From: Octopus vulgaris
Lineage: Eukaryota
Direction of reading: 5' to 3'
Assembly (NCBI GenBank): GCA_951406725.2
Contig: OX597818.1
Coordinates: 136,958,001 to 137,022,000 of the forward strand
DNA length: 64,000 bases
The notes below the pieces were generated by a model. The model ran no database searches. It saw only the letters and a list, made by a program, of their open reading frames with translations, and was not told the origin of the DNA. Position numbers and translations under genes: made by a program. Shown in pieces: positions 43,360-56,829 of this stretch; the stretch's first letter is position 1; the number at the start of each line of letters is the position of its first letter.

Positions 43360-43610
43360 GCTGTTGTTCTTTTTATTCCACACACGTACGAATATCATAT
43401 CTTATTTGGTGGTCAAGAAAGTCGTGGTTTACTTGTATCTAACAGATAAATCATAGGCTCAAAGGTTCAAATCCCAGTCGCTGGTACTGATCGACGCATG
43501 GCTGTAGTAGAAGACACTTACCCTAGAAGACACATCACAGTAGAATCGGACGCATAGATACGCGTGTTGCGAAATGAATTTCTAAAACATGCAGCTATGC
43601 TAGCATCCTA

Positions 43611-43641
<31 letters not shown>

Positions 43642-44075
43642 TGAATGTAGCAAGGATGGCACGTATGAATGACGAAGCCACCTTGAGCATAATCCTATGA
43701 ACCCAGAAATCGAAAACAGAGAGTTGCTTATTTGCAAAAAAAAAAAAAAGAAATATAAAATGTGACTTCATTGACCGAGGTTACCGTGGTCTTTTCCGTA
43801 GGCTTTTCTTTCCACGGGTAAACCTCACCTGTCCTCCCCTTTACACTTCATATTGACATTTCTGTGATAACGATCCCTATTGATCAATTTTTTTTTTCCT
43901 CTCCCCCTTTTTTTAACCCCCTTTTTTTTGTCCTCTTTCTCTCCTTTTACGATCCCTTTTGATCGAAACTCCCCCTTCCTTTTTTTTTTTTTTTTTTTTT
44001 TAAACCTTCAAAAGAAAAGCTCTACCTTGTAATTTGTTCTATCTGTGTGCAGCCCTGTGTGGCTAATAAAGAAAC
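43642..44075 (+). mobile_element. Second, shorter copy of the Tx1-like 3' end in (TATC)n
   Basis: Near-identical to ~29673-30108; (TATC)n on both flanks. Confidence 0.9.
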
Positions 44076-44076
44076 A

Positions 44077-44257
<181 letters not shown>

Positions 44258-44271
44258 CTCTCTCTCTCTAT

Positions 44272-44355
<84 letters not shown>

Positions 44356-44489
44356 GTCTGTCTGCCCATGTATATATGCATACATATACGCACACATACA
44401 TACGCATATATAAATGCATACATGCATACACACATACACACACATGTATACACAGTTAAGTAGAGTGAAGAATAGATAGACAGACAGAC

Positions 44490-44544
<55 letters not shown>

Positions 44545-44599
44545 CACATAGATAGATGGAAAGATAGATAGACAGATAGATAGATAGATAGATAGATAG

Positions 44600-44650
<51 letters not shown>

Positions 44651-45434
44651 CACATAGATAGATATATAGATAGATACATATGAATATAGACAGACACAGA
44701 CAAATAGAAAGATAGATTATTAGACTTATAAATAGATGAAGATTTGAAGAATAAATGCAAAACGAATGAAAGCAAAGCGGTATAGTGACAGTGAGAGAAA
44801 AGGAAAGGGAGAGAAAAGGAGAGAGAGCGAGAGAGAAAAGATAAAAACAAAAAGAAATTTATGAGAGAGAAATTAGAAAGAGAATATTGGAAATTGTGTC
44901 AGATTCATTAATTTTTTATAAAATATGGAACAATTTCCGTAATTTCAAATGTAAATTAATTTGGGCTATTTTTTTAAACGTAAACGAAACAAATCGATGA
45001 CTTTTTCCCTCCCTTCCCCCGACAAGCCTCCTTCTCTCTTTTCTGTGCCTCCTTCTCTCTTTTTCTTTCTTTCACTTTCTTTCTCTTCTTTCTCTTTCTA
45101 TATTTCATTTTCTCTCTTTGTGTTGATATATGTATGTGTGTGTGTATGTATGTATGTATGTATGTATGTATGTATAAGTGTGTGTGTACTTATGAATGTA
45201 TGTATGTATGCATATATATATATATATATATATATACGTACACATATATAAATACATGCTTTCATGAATACACGTATATACACACAAGCAAAGACACACA
45301 CCTATATATACATATATACATATATATGTACATAAATATACATACAAACACGTGTGTATGTACGTATGTATATATGTGTGTGTGTGTATGTTGTGTGTGT
45401 GTACATATATATATGTATATATATATATATATGT

Positions 45435-45467
<33 letters not shown>

Positions 45468-45526
45468 TATGTACACACACATATGTGTGTGTATATATAT
45501 ATGCATACTTACGCGCACGTGTGTAG

Positions 45527-45562
<36 letters not shown>

Positions 45563-45829
45563 GTGCGTGTGTGCGTGTGCGTGTGTGTGTGCGTGTGCAT
45601 CTTGCCCAGTGATCATTAACAGCCATGTAATTATACAGTCTATTGGTTTATAGTTATCAGCCGTAAGGGCCGGGTTTTTATGCCTGCAAGGAACTCAACT
45701 TTGCATACAGGTTTTTCCACCTGGAAGAATTTTGCGACGGGCAATTTCTGTATACCTCATGCCCCAACCCATCAACCCACCAGAGGCCCACTAACAGAAC
45801 AACCAAACACCACCGACGATACCATCACT

Positions 45830-45980
45830 CCATCATCCCACCACCACAACCACCACCACAACCACCACCACCACCACCACCACCACCACCACCATCAACA
45901 CCACCAACGCCGCCTCTACCACTACTACCATTACCGGTGCTATACCAATGCACATGCGCTACTCCCAGCATCATCACTGT

Positions 45981-46037
<57 letters not shown>

Positions 46038-46046
46038 CACTACTTC

Positions 46047-46083
<37 letters not shown>

Positions 46084-46255
46084 CATGAACTGAACACCTC
46101 GTCCTCCTCTTCCTTCTCCTTCTCCTGCTACTGCTACCATGTACTGAACTACTACTACTACTTATGTTATTATCGACCACCACCACCACCACCACCACCA
46201 CCACCACTACCACCACTGCTGCTTCTACAGTTACCATCACCACCACAACCACCAG

Positions 46256-46286
<31 letters not shown>

Positions 46287-46322
46287 GCTACAACTACAAC
46301 TACCACCACCACCACCACCACC

Positions 46323-46368
<46 letters not shown>

Positions 46369-46439
46369 TTACTACTACTATTACTGCTACAACTACTACT
46401 ACTACTACCACCACCACCACCACCACCACCATCACCACC

Positions 46440-46482
<43 letters not shown>

Positions 46483-46568
46483 TTACTACTACTATTACTG
46501 CTACAACTACTACTACTACTACCACCACCACCACCACCACCACCATCACCACCACCACCACCACCACC

Positions 46569-46603
<35 letters not shown>

Positions 46604-46718
46604 AACTACTACTACTATTACTACTACTATTACTGCTACTACTACTACTACTACTACTACTACTATTACTACTACTATTACTGCTACAACTACTACTACT
46701 ACTACCACCACCACCACC

Positions 46719-46752
<34 letters not shown>

Positions 46753-46760
46753 TCAGTGTT
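45830..46760. repeat. (ACT)n/(ACC)n compound microsatellite with higher-order repeats
   Basis: Direct reading. Confidence 0.9.
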
Positions 46761-47366
46761 GACAGCATCAGCTGTACTACCACTGGTATCACCACCATTA
46801 ACATTACCCACCCTACCAAACTCGAACGGCTTTTACAGCATAACGCTCTCCAAAACGCAATATTCACAGATCAACACCATTCCACCACAAAGTACGACCC
46901 CGACCCCGTACCTCTCCACATATATCCTCCACCGTTTTCCGCACCACCGCCACCGTCACCTGCTAAACGGCTTTAAAATCCTCTCTTGTGGAAGAGTATT
47001 TAGACATGTCCATTTTCGTCACGTCCCCGCCTCTCTCTCTCTCTCTTTCTCTCGCTTTTCTTTCTCTTTCTCTCCTCTCTTTCTCTCTCTACCTCTTTCT
47101 TTCCTGATCGCATTTATAGCCATCGCCACCTCTACCAGCGCTAGCTTCACCACCACCACAAACCACCATTACCATCACCCCTCCACCGCCACAACCACCA
47201 TCACCACCACAACCACCACAAAACTCTAATTCCGCCAATGTCACTAATGCCATTGTGACACAACCACACACACACACTCACATCACTCATACATACTAAC
47301 ATACGCAGACACACATATACATACACATCTCTGCTAACTAAGGCATGAGCAAAAACAACACTAGAG

Positions 47367-47401
<35 letters not shown>

Positions 47402-47410
47402 GATAATAAT

Positions 47411-47995
47411 CTTTTCTACTCTAGGCACAAGGCCCGAAATTTTTTGGGAGGGGGCCAGTCGATTAGACCGACTCCAATATGCAAATGGTACTTATTTAAT
47501 CGACCCCGAAAGGATGAGAGGCAAAGTCGACCTCGGCGGAATTTGAACGCAGAACGTAAAGACAGACGAAATACCTATTTCTTTACTACCCACAAGAGGC
47601 TAAACACAGAGAGGACAAATAAGGACAGACAAATGGATTAAGTCGATTATATCGACCCCAGTGCGTAACTGGTACTTATTTAATCGACCCTGAAAGGATG
47701 AAAGGCAAAGTCGATCTCGGCGGAATTTGAACTCAGAACGTAACGGCAGACGAAATACCTATTTCTTTACTACCCACAAGAGGCTAAACACAGAGAGGAC
47801 AAACAAGGACAGACAAACGGATTAATTCGATTATATCCGACCCCAGTTCGTAACTGGTACTTATTTAATCGACCCTGAAAGGATGAAAGGCAAAGTCGAC
47901 CTTGGCAGAATTTGAACTCAGAACGTAACGGCAGACGAAATACTGCTAAGCATTTCGCCCGGCGTGCTAACGTTTCTGCCAGCTCGCTGCCTTTA
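47411..47995 (-). mobile_element. SINE family B trimer with a different terminal tail
   Basis: One head, two standard units and a third unit ending in ...CCTTGTGCCTAGAGTAGAAAAG; TACTACTGATAATAAT on both flanks. Confidence 0.8.
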
Positions 47996-48964
47996 TACTA
48001 CTGATAATAATAAACGGACGAAATTCCACAAAGCATCTCTAAGTATCACTAAGCATAAGATTTGAACTCAGAACGTAGAGCCAGAAGAAATCTTACAAAG
48101 GAAATTTTTTCTGGCACTCTAAAGCAGGCATAGGCAACAGTTTTCGAGAAGCGAGCCGCGTGAGACATGGGTTAACATCAGGCAAGCCGCATTACAGAAA
48201 AAAAATCCAGGTAAGTTTTGGCTAGGCGTGCCATGCAGAATGTCCTGCTGGCTGCAGATTACCCACAAGACTTTCTAAAGGTTCTGTCAACCCATCAACT
48301 TTTAATTGTTTCTAATTTAGGAACAAAGCAGGCAGCAAGCTGGCAGAATCATGAGCGGGCCGGGCGAAATGCTTAGTGGCATTTCGTCTGTCTTCATGTT
48401 CTGAGTTCAAATTCTGCAGGAGTCGTCCTTGCCTTTCATCTTGCCGGGGTCGATAAAATAAGTAACACTTTAGCATTGGGGTCGATGTAATCGACTAACC
48501 ACCTCGACCGAAATTGCTGGCCTTGTGTCAAAATTTGAATTGGAATTTAGAAACAAGGTGGCGAGCTGGCAGAATCGTTAGCGCGCCAGGTAAAATGCTT
48601 AGCGCCATTTTATTCCGCTTTACCTTTCTGAGTTCAAATTCTACTGGGATCGATTTTGGCCTTTTTCCTTTCGAAATCGACAAAATAAATACCAACTGAG
48701 CACTGAGGTCGATATGAGCGACTTATCCCCTACCCCGAACTTGCTGGCCTTGTGCCAAAATTTGAAGCCAATTTAGGAACAGAGCCAGTAATTTTTGAGG
48801 GGAGGGGTGTTTAGTTGATCACTTCGACATCAATGTTTGACTGGTACTTTATGTTATCAATCTCGGAAGGTGATACCAGTACTTCACTGGTACCTTATTT
48901 TATCTAGCCTGAAAGAATGAAATGCAAAGTTGACCTCGGCAGGAGTTGAAAGCCAGAACAATAT

Positions 48965-49430
48965 TTATTTCTTTATTGCCCACAAGGGGCTAAACATAGA
49001 GGGGACAAACAAGTACAGACAAAGGGATTAAGTCGATTACATCGACCCCAGTGAGTAACTGGTACTTATTTAATCGACCCCGAAAGGATGAAAGGCAAAG
49101 TCGACCTCGGCGGAATTTGAACACAGAACGTAACGGCAGATGAAATACCTATTTCTTTACTACCCACAAGGGGCTAAACACAGAGGGGACAAACAAGGAC
49201 AGACAAACGGATTGAGTCGATTATATCGACCCCAGTGCGTAACTAGTACTTTGCCTTTCATCCTTTCGGGGTCGATTAAATAAGTACCAGTTACGCACTG
49301 GGGTCGACATAATCGACTTAATCCGTTTGTCTGTCCTTGTTTGTCCTCTTTGTGTTTAGCCCCTTGTGGCTAGTAAAGAAATAGGTATTTCGTCTGCCGC
49401 TGAAGTCGACTTTGCCTTTCATCCTTTCGG
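48965..49430. mobile_element. SINE family B units with an internal inversion junction near 49250
   Basis: Minus-strand units switch to plus-strand units at ...AACTAGTACTTTGCC. Confidence 0.75.
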
Positions 49431-49695
49431 CTATATGTACAACAACAGAGGCCACTATCACGCTAACATTAGTCGAACAAATCAACGCCATGGCTTATTT
49501 TTAAAGCATAGTACTTATTTTATCGGTCCTTTTTGCAGACCCGCTAAGTTACGGGCACGTAAATACAAGCAGTAGTGGCGGTCACACACACACGCGCACA
49601 CACACACACACACACACGCACACACGCACCCATACACACACACATACAAACGCGCACGCACACACGCAAGCAAGCGCGCATATATATATATATAT

Positions 49696-50045
49696 ATATA
49701 TAAAAAAAGGAAATGAAGAAAATGCTGACAAAATAATTCAAGTAAGGGAGAGTGTATTTAATTAGGTGAAAGTTCTTTTTACCGGTTGCGCATTTGTTAT
49801 GCTTATCAAAATATATTTTTTAAAGAGAGATAGAGTTCCTTTCTGATAGATTTTTTTTTCTCTTATCTGATGTCAGATAAGAGAAAAAAATCTATCAGAA
49901 AGGAACTCTATCTCTCTTTAAAAAATATATTTTGATAAGCATAACAAATGCGCAACCGGTAAAAAGAACTTTCACCTAATTAAATACACTCTCCCTTACT
50001 TGAATTATTTTGTCAGCATTTTCTTCATTTCCTTTTTTTATATAT
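49696..50045. repeat. Near-perfect ~350-bp palindrome
   Basis: Arms 49696-49870 and 49873-50045 with a 2-nt centre; the only difference seen is one homopolymer length (T9 vs A7). Confidence 0.9.
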
Positions 50046-50067
50046 CACAACTCGTGTTCCACATCTC

Positions 50068-50120
<53 letters not shown>

Positions 50121-50647
50121 AAAAGTGGAAAGATATATTTTTCAATATTTGACTGCTTGAGGTGTTCTGTCAACAGCTAAAAGGGTTTCGATCCTTATTG
50201 CTATTCATTTTCTTATTCAATAGTTTTTGCATTATATAATATAATCATTGTAGATAACACACCCGATTGTCTAATATACCCGATTAATCACGAGGATATA
50301 ATAATATTTGCGTTATTTGTTGAAATGTCATGGAAAGACTTTGCGTCCTGAATGTATAACTGGCTCAAGTCAATTGTCGAAAGCCCAACATCACCAGTGT
50401 ACAGCAAGAAGATGGTATGGTTGTGGTGGTATTGAATGTACATACATTTATATTATATTAGTCGCTATTGTACACCGGCGTGGCTATGTGGTAAGAAGCT
50501 TGCTTCCCAACCATTTGGTTATGGGTTCGATAAACTTTCCTTCTCTAAAAGGATTTTATCATATACATGGTGTTCTATCAGTACTTATGCGTTGAAAACT
50601 ATATCTTTCTACTTGCCCTACAGCACATTTCAACGCTTCGAAAACAC

Positions 50648-51075
50648 GGATCTTTTCGGTTTAAACGGCAGTTTTTTAAAATAATTTCCACGTAACTAAA
50701 CACTTTTAAACTTCGTATACTGATAGAATGTGTTTATAAAACATCTTTTTCTCTTGGCTTTATTGAGAAAATTCTATAGTTTGTAAGATATTTGTTGTTT
50801 TTTTTTTTTCAATTTCTGCAATTTCAACCAATCAATGACGTCTGTTGAGGTGAAACATTCTGTGCCGTATGAATATGTCCCTCGTTTAAGAAACAGATTG
50901 GGTTTATTTACATTTCTGAAGAAAAAAAAAGATACCCTTCCCCCCACCCCTAACCCTAACTAACCCTAACCCTAAAACAGATTGAAATGTAATAGATCGA
51001 TTCTAGGGTCATAATTATGGGTGACAATTTCATATGACACCGCTAGAAAAACTGCCGTTCAAACCGAAAAGATCC
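50648..51075. mobile_element. GGATC-TIR MITE copy 3
   Basis: Same TIRs; TSD GAAAACAC. Confidence 0.9.
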
Positions 51076-51090
51076 GAAAACACACGTACG

Positions 51091-51123
<33 letters not shown>

Positions 51124-51304
51124 GACTGTTTTCTTTTAGTTTCCATCAACCAAATCTTTTCCCAAGTCTTTGTTCTGCCCAAAGCCTTAGTAGAAGACAC
51201 TTGCTCAAGATGTCACGCATTGGGACTGAACCCGGAACTAAATGGTTGGGAAGCAAATTTTTTTACCACATAGCCACGCCTGTGTACAATAATGACTAAT
51301 ATAA

Positions 51305-51652
51305 TCTATTATATAAAATCCGTTCTATCTGTCTATATGCGTGTCTTCTAGGATCTCGGGCATCCTCCATCCGATTGCGCTCAGATTTGATATGTAGATA
51401 CCGACGGTATCAGGGCGTGTATAAGTCTTGAAAAAATGACAAAAATCGATTCCAGGTGAGAAAGTGATCGATAAAGCATTCTTTGGAATAGAAAAAAAAG
51501 TCTATCTTTATTTCTTCTTTTGCTGGTGTCTCAAATTTAGGTTTCTCAATGGGGAGGCCTATGGGACGGTCGGACAAGTTGTTTTGAGAAAATTTGGTTT
51601 AAATGTTTGACAACTCAGCACCGTCCATTGGACGGTGGGGGCGTTTTTCTCG
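51305..51652 (+). mobile_element. Non-autonomous Helitron family 3
   Basis: TCTATTATATAAAA start, hairpin CACCGTCCATTGGACGGTG, CTCG end; the paralogous arm shows an empty A|T site with no TSD. Confidence 0.75.
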
Positions 51653-52365
51653 TATAAATATATGTACATTCATTACCACCACATCATTCCCTCTTCTTGC
51701 TGTACACTGGTGATGTTTGGCTTTCGACAGCTGACTTGAGCCAGTTATACATTCAGGATGCAAAGTCTTTCCCTGATATTTCAACGAATAACGCAAATAT
51801 TATTATACCCTCATGATTAATCGGGTATATTAGACAATCGGGTGTGTTATCTACAATGATTATATTATATAATGCAAAAACTATTGAATAAGAAAATGAA
51901 TAGCAATAAGGATCGAAACCCTTTTAGCTGTTGACAGAACACCTCGAGCAGTCAATTATTCTTAACCTCACAGCCATTCGTGTCGGCTTGTACGCTAAAT
52001 ATTTTGATAGCATCCTCACACATCATCATCGTCATCATCATTGATGTCGTCATCTTGATCCTTGAAGGTCATCAGTATGGTCATCGTCGTCTTCATCATC
52101 GTCAGCTCCATCGTCGTCATCATCGTCGCCACCCCAGTCCTCGTCATCATAATAATCATTTGGATGATGTTTTGCCCTACTCCGTCCTCTAGTGATATAA
52201 CAATATTACAAAGTTTTCTAGACAGATGTAGATAGACACATAGATAGAAAGATAGACAGGAAGATAGATAGATAAATATATAGATAGATAGCTTGATTGA
52301 TATATGGATGAATAGATAGATAAATAATTAGATAGATAAATAGACAAACAGATAGACAGACAAAC

Positions 52366-52423
<58 letters not shown>

Positions 52424-52755
52424 TAAATAGGTTGGCAGAGAAAGAAAGAAGGAAAAGGGCGAGCTATAATGCAAAAATCACCATGTCTGCTGTAACCTCT
52501 GACCTGTCTATTGTCAATTACAATGGCGATCAGTTTGGCCAGTGAATAGTGTAGGGATGGAGGCTGGACATTGACTGGGTAAACACTGACCGGTCACTGA
52601 CCATAAGGCAGCACACTGGAGCATATAATTAGGGACACAAGAAGACTATAATTGTCTTCGATGGACGCCTGTTTTTCCATGGGGTAAACCGCAAAAACTT
52701 TAGAATATTAACAACTTAACTAAACCCCACCAGCATCACCCCCACCTATATCAGT

Positions 52756-52826
<71 letters not shown>

Positions 52827-53032
52827 CACTACCTCCACCGCACCAACCAGCATCACTTGTGCTGTTAATACCATTACCACCTCTACTAATTCCACCATTT
52901 CTAGCAAAATATCTGCTGCTAAACTATCACTATCACCACTTCTGCTGCTGCTGCCAATACCACCGCAACCACTACCATTACTAACACCACCGCCACCACC
53001 GCCACCACCACCACTATCACACCTACCACTTA

Positions 53033-53089
<57 letters not shown>

Positions 53090-53696
53090 AACTACTACTG
53101 TGATTACAAGCCCCACTACCACCACCACCACCACCACTACCACCATCATTAACACCACCACCGCTATCACTTCTCCTCCTCCTCCTACTACTACTACAAC
53201 AACCACTAATACCATCACCACTGCCACTCCTCCTTTCCCCTCCTCCTTTCCCCTCCACCTCCTCCTACAACAATAACAACAACCACCAACACCATCACCA
53301 CTACCACTCCTCCCCTCCCCTCCTCCTCCTCCTCCTCCTCCTCCTCCTACTACTACTACTACTACTACTACTACTAGTACCACTGCTACTGCAACCCACC
53401 CACCCAACCTATCCGCCACATTTGTATTACATGGTAATGCTGTGACGCAAGAAGGGACCTCGCGCAACCTAACTCATTTTCCCATAATCCACCTGATTGA
53501 CTGGAGTGACCGCAGTTGTTACTGTTGTTACTGTTATTGTTGTTATTGTTACTGCTGTTGGTGTATCCTTTATTGAAATAATATTGGCGCGAAAATCGCC
53601 GCTGGGGAAAGCCTAAGATTTACCACGTGTTAATACCCACATATTTCCAGGATATTGTTGTTATTGCAGTTGTTGTGGGTTGTTGTGACGGTAGTG

Positions 53697-54470
53697 GTGA
53701 AAGTGAAAGTAGGAGTGATGATGGTGGTGATGGTGGTGGTGAAAGTGAAAGTAGGAGTGGTGACGGTGGTGATGGTGGTGATGGTGGTGGTGAAAGTGAA
53801 AGTAGGAGTGGTGATGGTGGTGATGGTGGTGGTGAAAGTGAAAGTAGGAGTGGTGACGGTGGTGATGGTGGTGGTGAAAGTGAAAGTAGGAGTGGTGACG
53901 GTGGTGATGGTGGTGGTGAAAGTGAAAGTAGGAGTGGTGACGGTGGTGATGGTGGTGATGGTGGTGGTGAAAGGGAAAGTAGAAGTGGTGACGGTGGTGA
54001 TGGTGGTGGTGAAAGTGAAAGTAGGAGTGGTGACGGTGGTGATGGTGGTGAAAGTGGAAGTAGGAGTGGTGATGGTGGTGATGGTGGTGGTGAAAGTGAA
54101 AGTAGGAGTGGTGACGGTGGTGATGGTGGTGATGGTGGTGGTGAAAGTGAAAGTAGGAGTGGTGACGGTGGTGATGGTGGTGATGGTGGTGGTGAAAGGG
54201 AAAGTAGAAGTGGTGACGGTGGTGATGGTGGTGGTGAAAGTAAAATTAGGAGTGGTGACGGTGGTGATGGTGGTGGTGAAAAGGAAAGTAGGAGTGGTGA
54301 CGGTGGTGATGGTGGTGGTGAAAGTGAAAGTAGGAGTGGTGATGGTGGTGATGGTGGTGGTGAAAGTGAAAGTAGGAGTGGAGACGGTGGTGATGGTGGT
54401 GGTGAAAGTGAAAGTAGGAGTGGTGATGGTGGTGATGGTGGTGGTGAAAGTTAAAATAGGAGTGGTAGGA
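53697..54470. repeat. 42-bp (plus 9-bp variant) minisatellite, about 17 units
   Basis: Unit GAAAGTGAAAGTAGGAGTGGTGACGGTGGTGATGGTGGTGGT. Confidence 0.9.
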
Positions 54471-55194
54471 GTAGTGATGGTGGTAGAGGTAAGAGTGGTG
54501 GTGGTGAGGATCTGAGTATTAATCGACGTTGTCGTTGTTAAATCAAGTTACGGTAACAGTATTGTTGTAATCGTGGGTTTGTTGTAGTTGCCGTGGTAGT
54601 AGGAGATGGTGGAGTGTTAGTGGTGGTGGTGGTAGTGGTGGTTGTAGTGTTGGAGGTAGGGGTAGTGGTGGTGGTGGTGGTGGTTTTGATGGTGATGGTG
54701 GTAATGGTGTTATTGCTGTTGGTGTGTTGGTGATGGTGGTATTAGTAGCAATGGTGATGGTGTTGTTGTTGGTGGTGGTGATGGTGATGATGATGGTGGT
54801 GGCGAGGATAGTGATAGTAGCAAGTGGGACGGGGTAGGATTATGGTCGTGCAGAATAGTCGTGCCGAGTAGATGATAATGACGGAGTGTTGTCGTTGTTG
54901 TTGTTGTTGTTGGTGGTGGCGACAGTTGTAACAGCAAATGTTGAATGGTGACGAGTGTGGTAGTTGCGATAATGGTATCGAAACCACGATGTTGCGGTCG
55001 TGAGTGCAACACCCACAAAAGACAGAATAGTCATGGCTGGAGTGCCCGCACCTAATAATAGTTCTACTCTTTCACGGTTGACCTGGGGGAAAGCAACGAT
55101 TACAAGACAACCGCAATATTAACATAAAGCTCAATAGTCCTACAATGGAAGACGAAGTTGTGGGTATTTATGTCTTTCGTAAGAACTTTGTAGA

Positions 55195-55487
55195 TACATG
55201 GTTCAGTGGTTAGAGCATCGAGCTCACAATCATGAGGTAGTGAGTTCGATTCCCGGACAGGGCTGTGTGTTGTGTTCTTGAGCAAGGCACTTTGTTTCAC
55301 GTTGCTCCAGTTCACTCAGCTGTAGAAATGAGTTGCGACGTCACTGGTGCCAAGCTGAATCAGCCTTTGCATTTCCCTTGGATAACATCGGTGGTGTGGA
55401 GAGGGGAGGCTGGTAAGCATGGGCACCTGCTGGTCTTCCATAACCAATCTTGACCGGACTTGTGCCTCAGATCTTTCTAGGTGCAAT
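55195..55487 (+). mobile_element. tRNA-derived SINE family D
   Basis: TGGTTCAGTGG A box, GAGTTCGATTCC B box, TTCTTGAGCAAGGCAC...CACTCAGCTG body. Confidence 0.65.
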
Positions 55488-55502
55488 CGCGTGGTCATTT
55501 AC

Positions 55503-55730
55503 CTATTTCTTTATTACCCACAAGGGGCTAAACACAGAGGGGACAAATAAGGACAAACATAGGTATTAAGTCGATTACATCGACCCCAGTGCGTAACTGG
55601 TACTTAATTTATCGACCCCGAAAGGATGAAAGGCAAAGTCGACCTCGGCGGAATTTGAACTCAGAACGTGACGGCAGACGAAATACCGCTAAGCATTTCG
55701 CCCGGCGTGCTAACGTTTCTGCCAGCTCGC
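55503..55730 (-). mobile_element. SINE family B monomer
   Basis: TSD CGCGTGGTCATTTAC at 55488-55502 and 55731-55745. Confidence 0.9.
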
Positions 55731-56389
55731 CGCGTGGTCATTTACTCTTTACCCTGTAGATACAGCACGTGACAGCTACTGTAAGCAACTGAAATCAAAG
55801 CAACACATTTCCAGTGCAGTTACTCTTCACAAAACAAACATGATTAGATCTACTAGAAATAATAGTCAAATTTCCCTCTTATCATCTTAAACAAAATGAG
55901 CGACATACAAGATAGTGTCGTTTTATCTTTTATCGCATATCTTTTAATCTTGTTTCAGTCGTTGAACAGTGGCCATGCTGGGGCACCGCCTTGAAGAATT
56001 TAATCGAATAAATCAATCCCAGTACTTATTTTATTTTTTTTACATCTGGTACTTATTCTATCGGTTTCTTTTGCTGAATCACTAATATACGGACAAAAAA
56101 AAAAAAAAAAACCAACAGCGGTTATCACACGGATGTGTAAGATATGCACAAAACACAAACACACACTCACACATACATACTTACAAACACATACATACAC
56201 ATAAACACATACGCGCATGCATATGCATAACGGGATTCCACACAGTTTCCGTGTTACAAATTTACTCACAAGACATAGGTTGAGCCGGAACTGTAGTAGA
56301 AGATATTTATCGAAGGTGCCGCGAAGTTGGACTGATTTGAAAACCATGCAGCTGCAAAGAGAGCTTCTTAACCACAAAGCTATGCCTGC

Positions 56390-56454
56390 GCAGAGAATCG
56401 AACTCTGGTTTCCCGAGTGATAGGCTGAGAAATTTACCACAATACTACCGAGTA
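56390..56454 (-). pseudogene. Degenerate tRNA-Asp-like sequence
   Basis: TACTCGGTAGTATTGTGGT...GCCTATCAC.CGGGAAACCAGAGTTCGATTC resembles metazoan tRNA-Asp(GTC); anticodon reads ATC. Confidence 0.6.
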
Positions 56455-56457
56455 CAT

Positions 56458-56527
56458 TTCCCAAGTACGGATTCGAACCCTGGCAGTCGTGGCGAGAACG
56501 CAGGATCTTAACCATTAGACCGAAGGA
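56458..56527 (-). pseudogene. Degenerate tRNA-Glu(CTC)-like sequence
   Basis: TCCTTCGGTCTAATGGTTAAGAT...TTCTCGCC...GGGTTCGAATCC...GGGAA resembles metazoan tRNA-Glu. Confidence 0.6.
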
Positions 56528-56829
56528 TATATGAAAAAAAAAAAAAACGCGGAAAATGAACAAACCCAATAAGCGAGAAAAGCCAGGATGATCACGGTCG
56601 GAATGACATTCTATTTATGTCTGTATCAGCGTACATTGCAGATGAGTTGAGCCAACCAAAATTGGCGAATTTTTAGCTGGCACCAATTCCTGAATCAACA
56701 GCTGTAGATTCCCAAATGATATCTCACCGGAAATATATTTTCGTTGGCGGCCTTCAACCGGAAGCAACCAAGCGCACAGGCTTTGGGATAGTGCGTTCCA
56801 TAACAGTACAACTCGCTATCGAATTTCAA

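Larger units (their letters stand above)
50149..51955. repeat. Diverged ~370-bp inverted duplication
   Basis: 50149-50520 is the reverse complement of 51241-51304 plus 51653-51955. Confidence 0.85.

Noticed and set aside
45937-47229. 430-aa poly-L/P/T ORF and overlapping ORFs
   Set aside because: Translation of ACT/ACC microsatellites, open in several frames on both strands.
53627-54515. Gly/Ser/Asp-rich repetitive protein ([14 protein letters not shown])n
   Set aside because: Minisatellite open in two frames without ATG starts or clear exon boundaries; coding not supported, though not excluded without RNA data.
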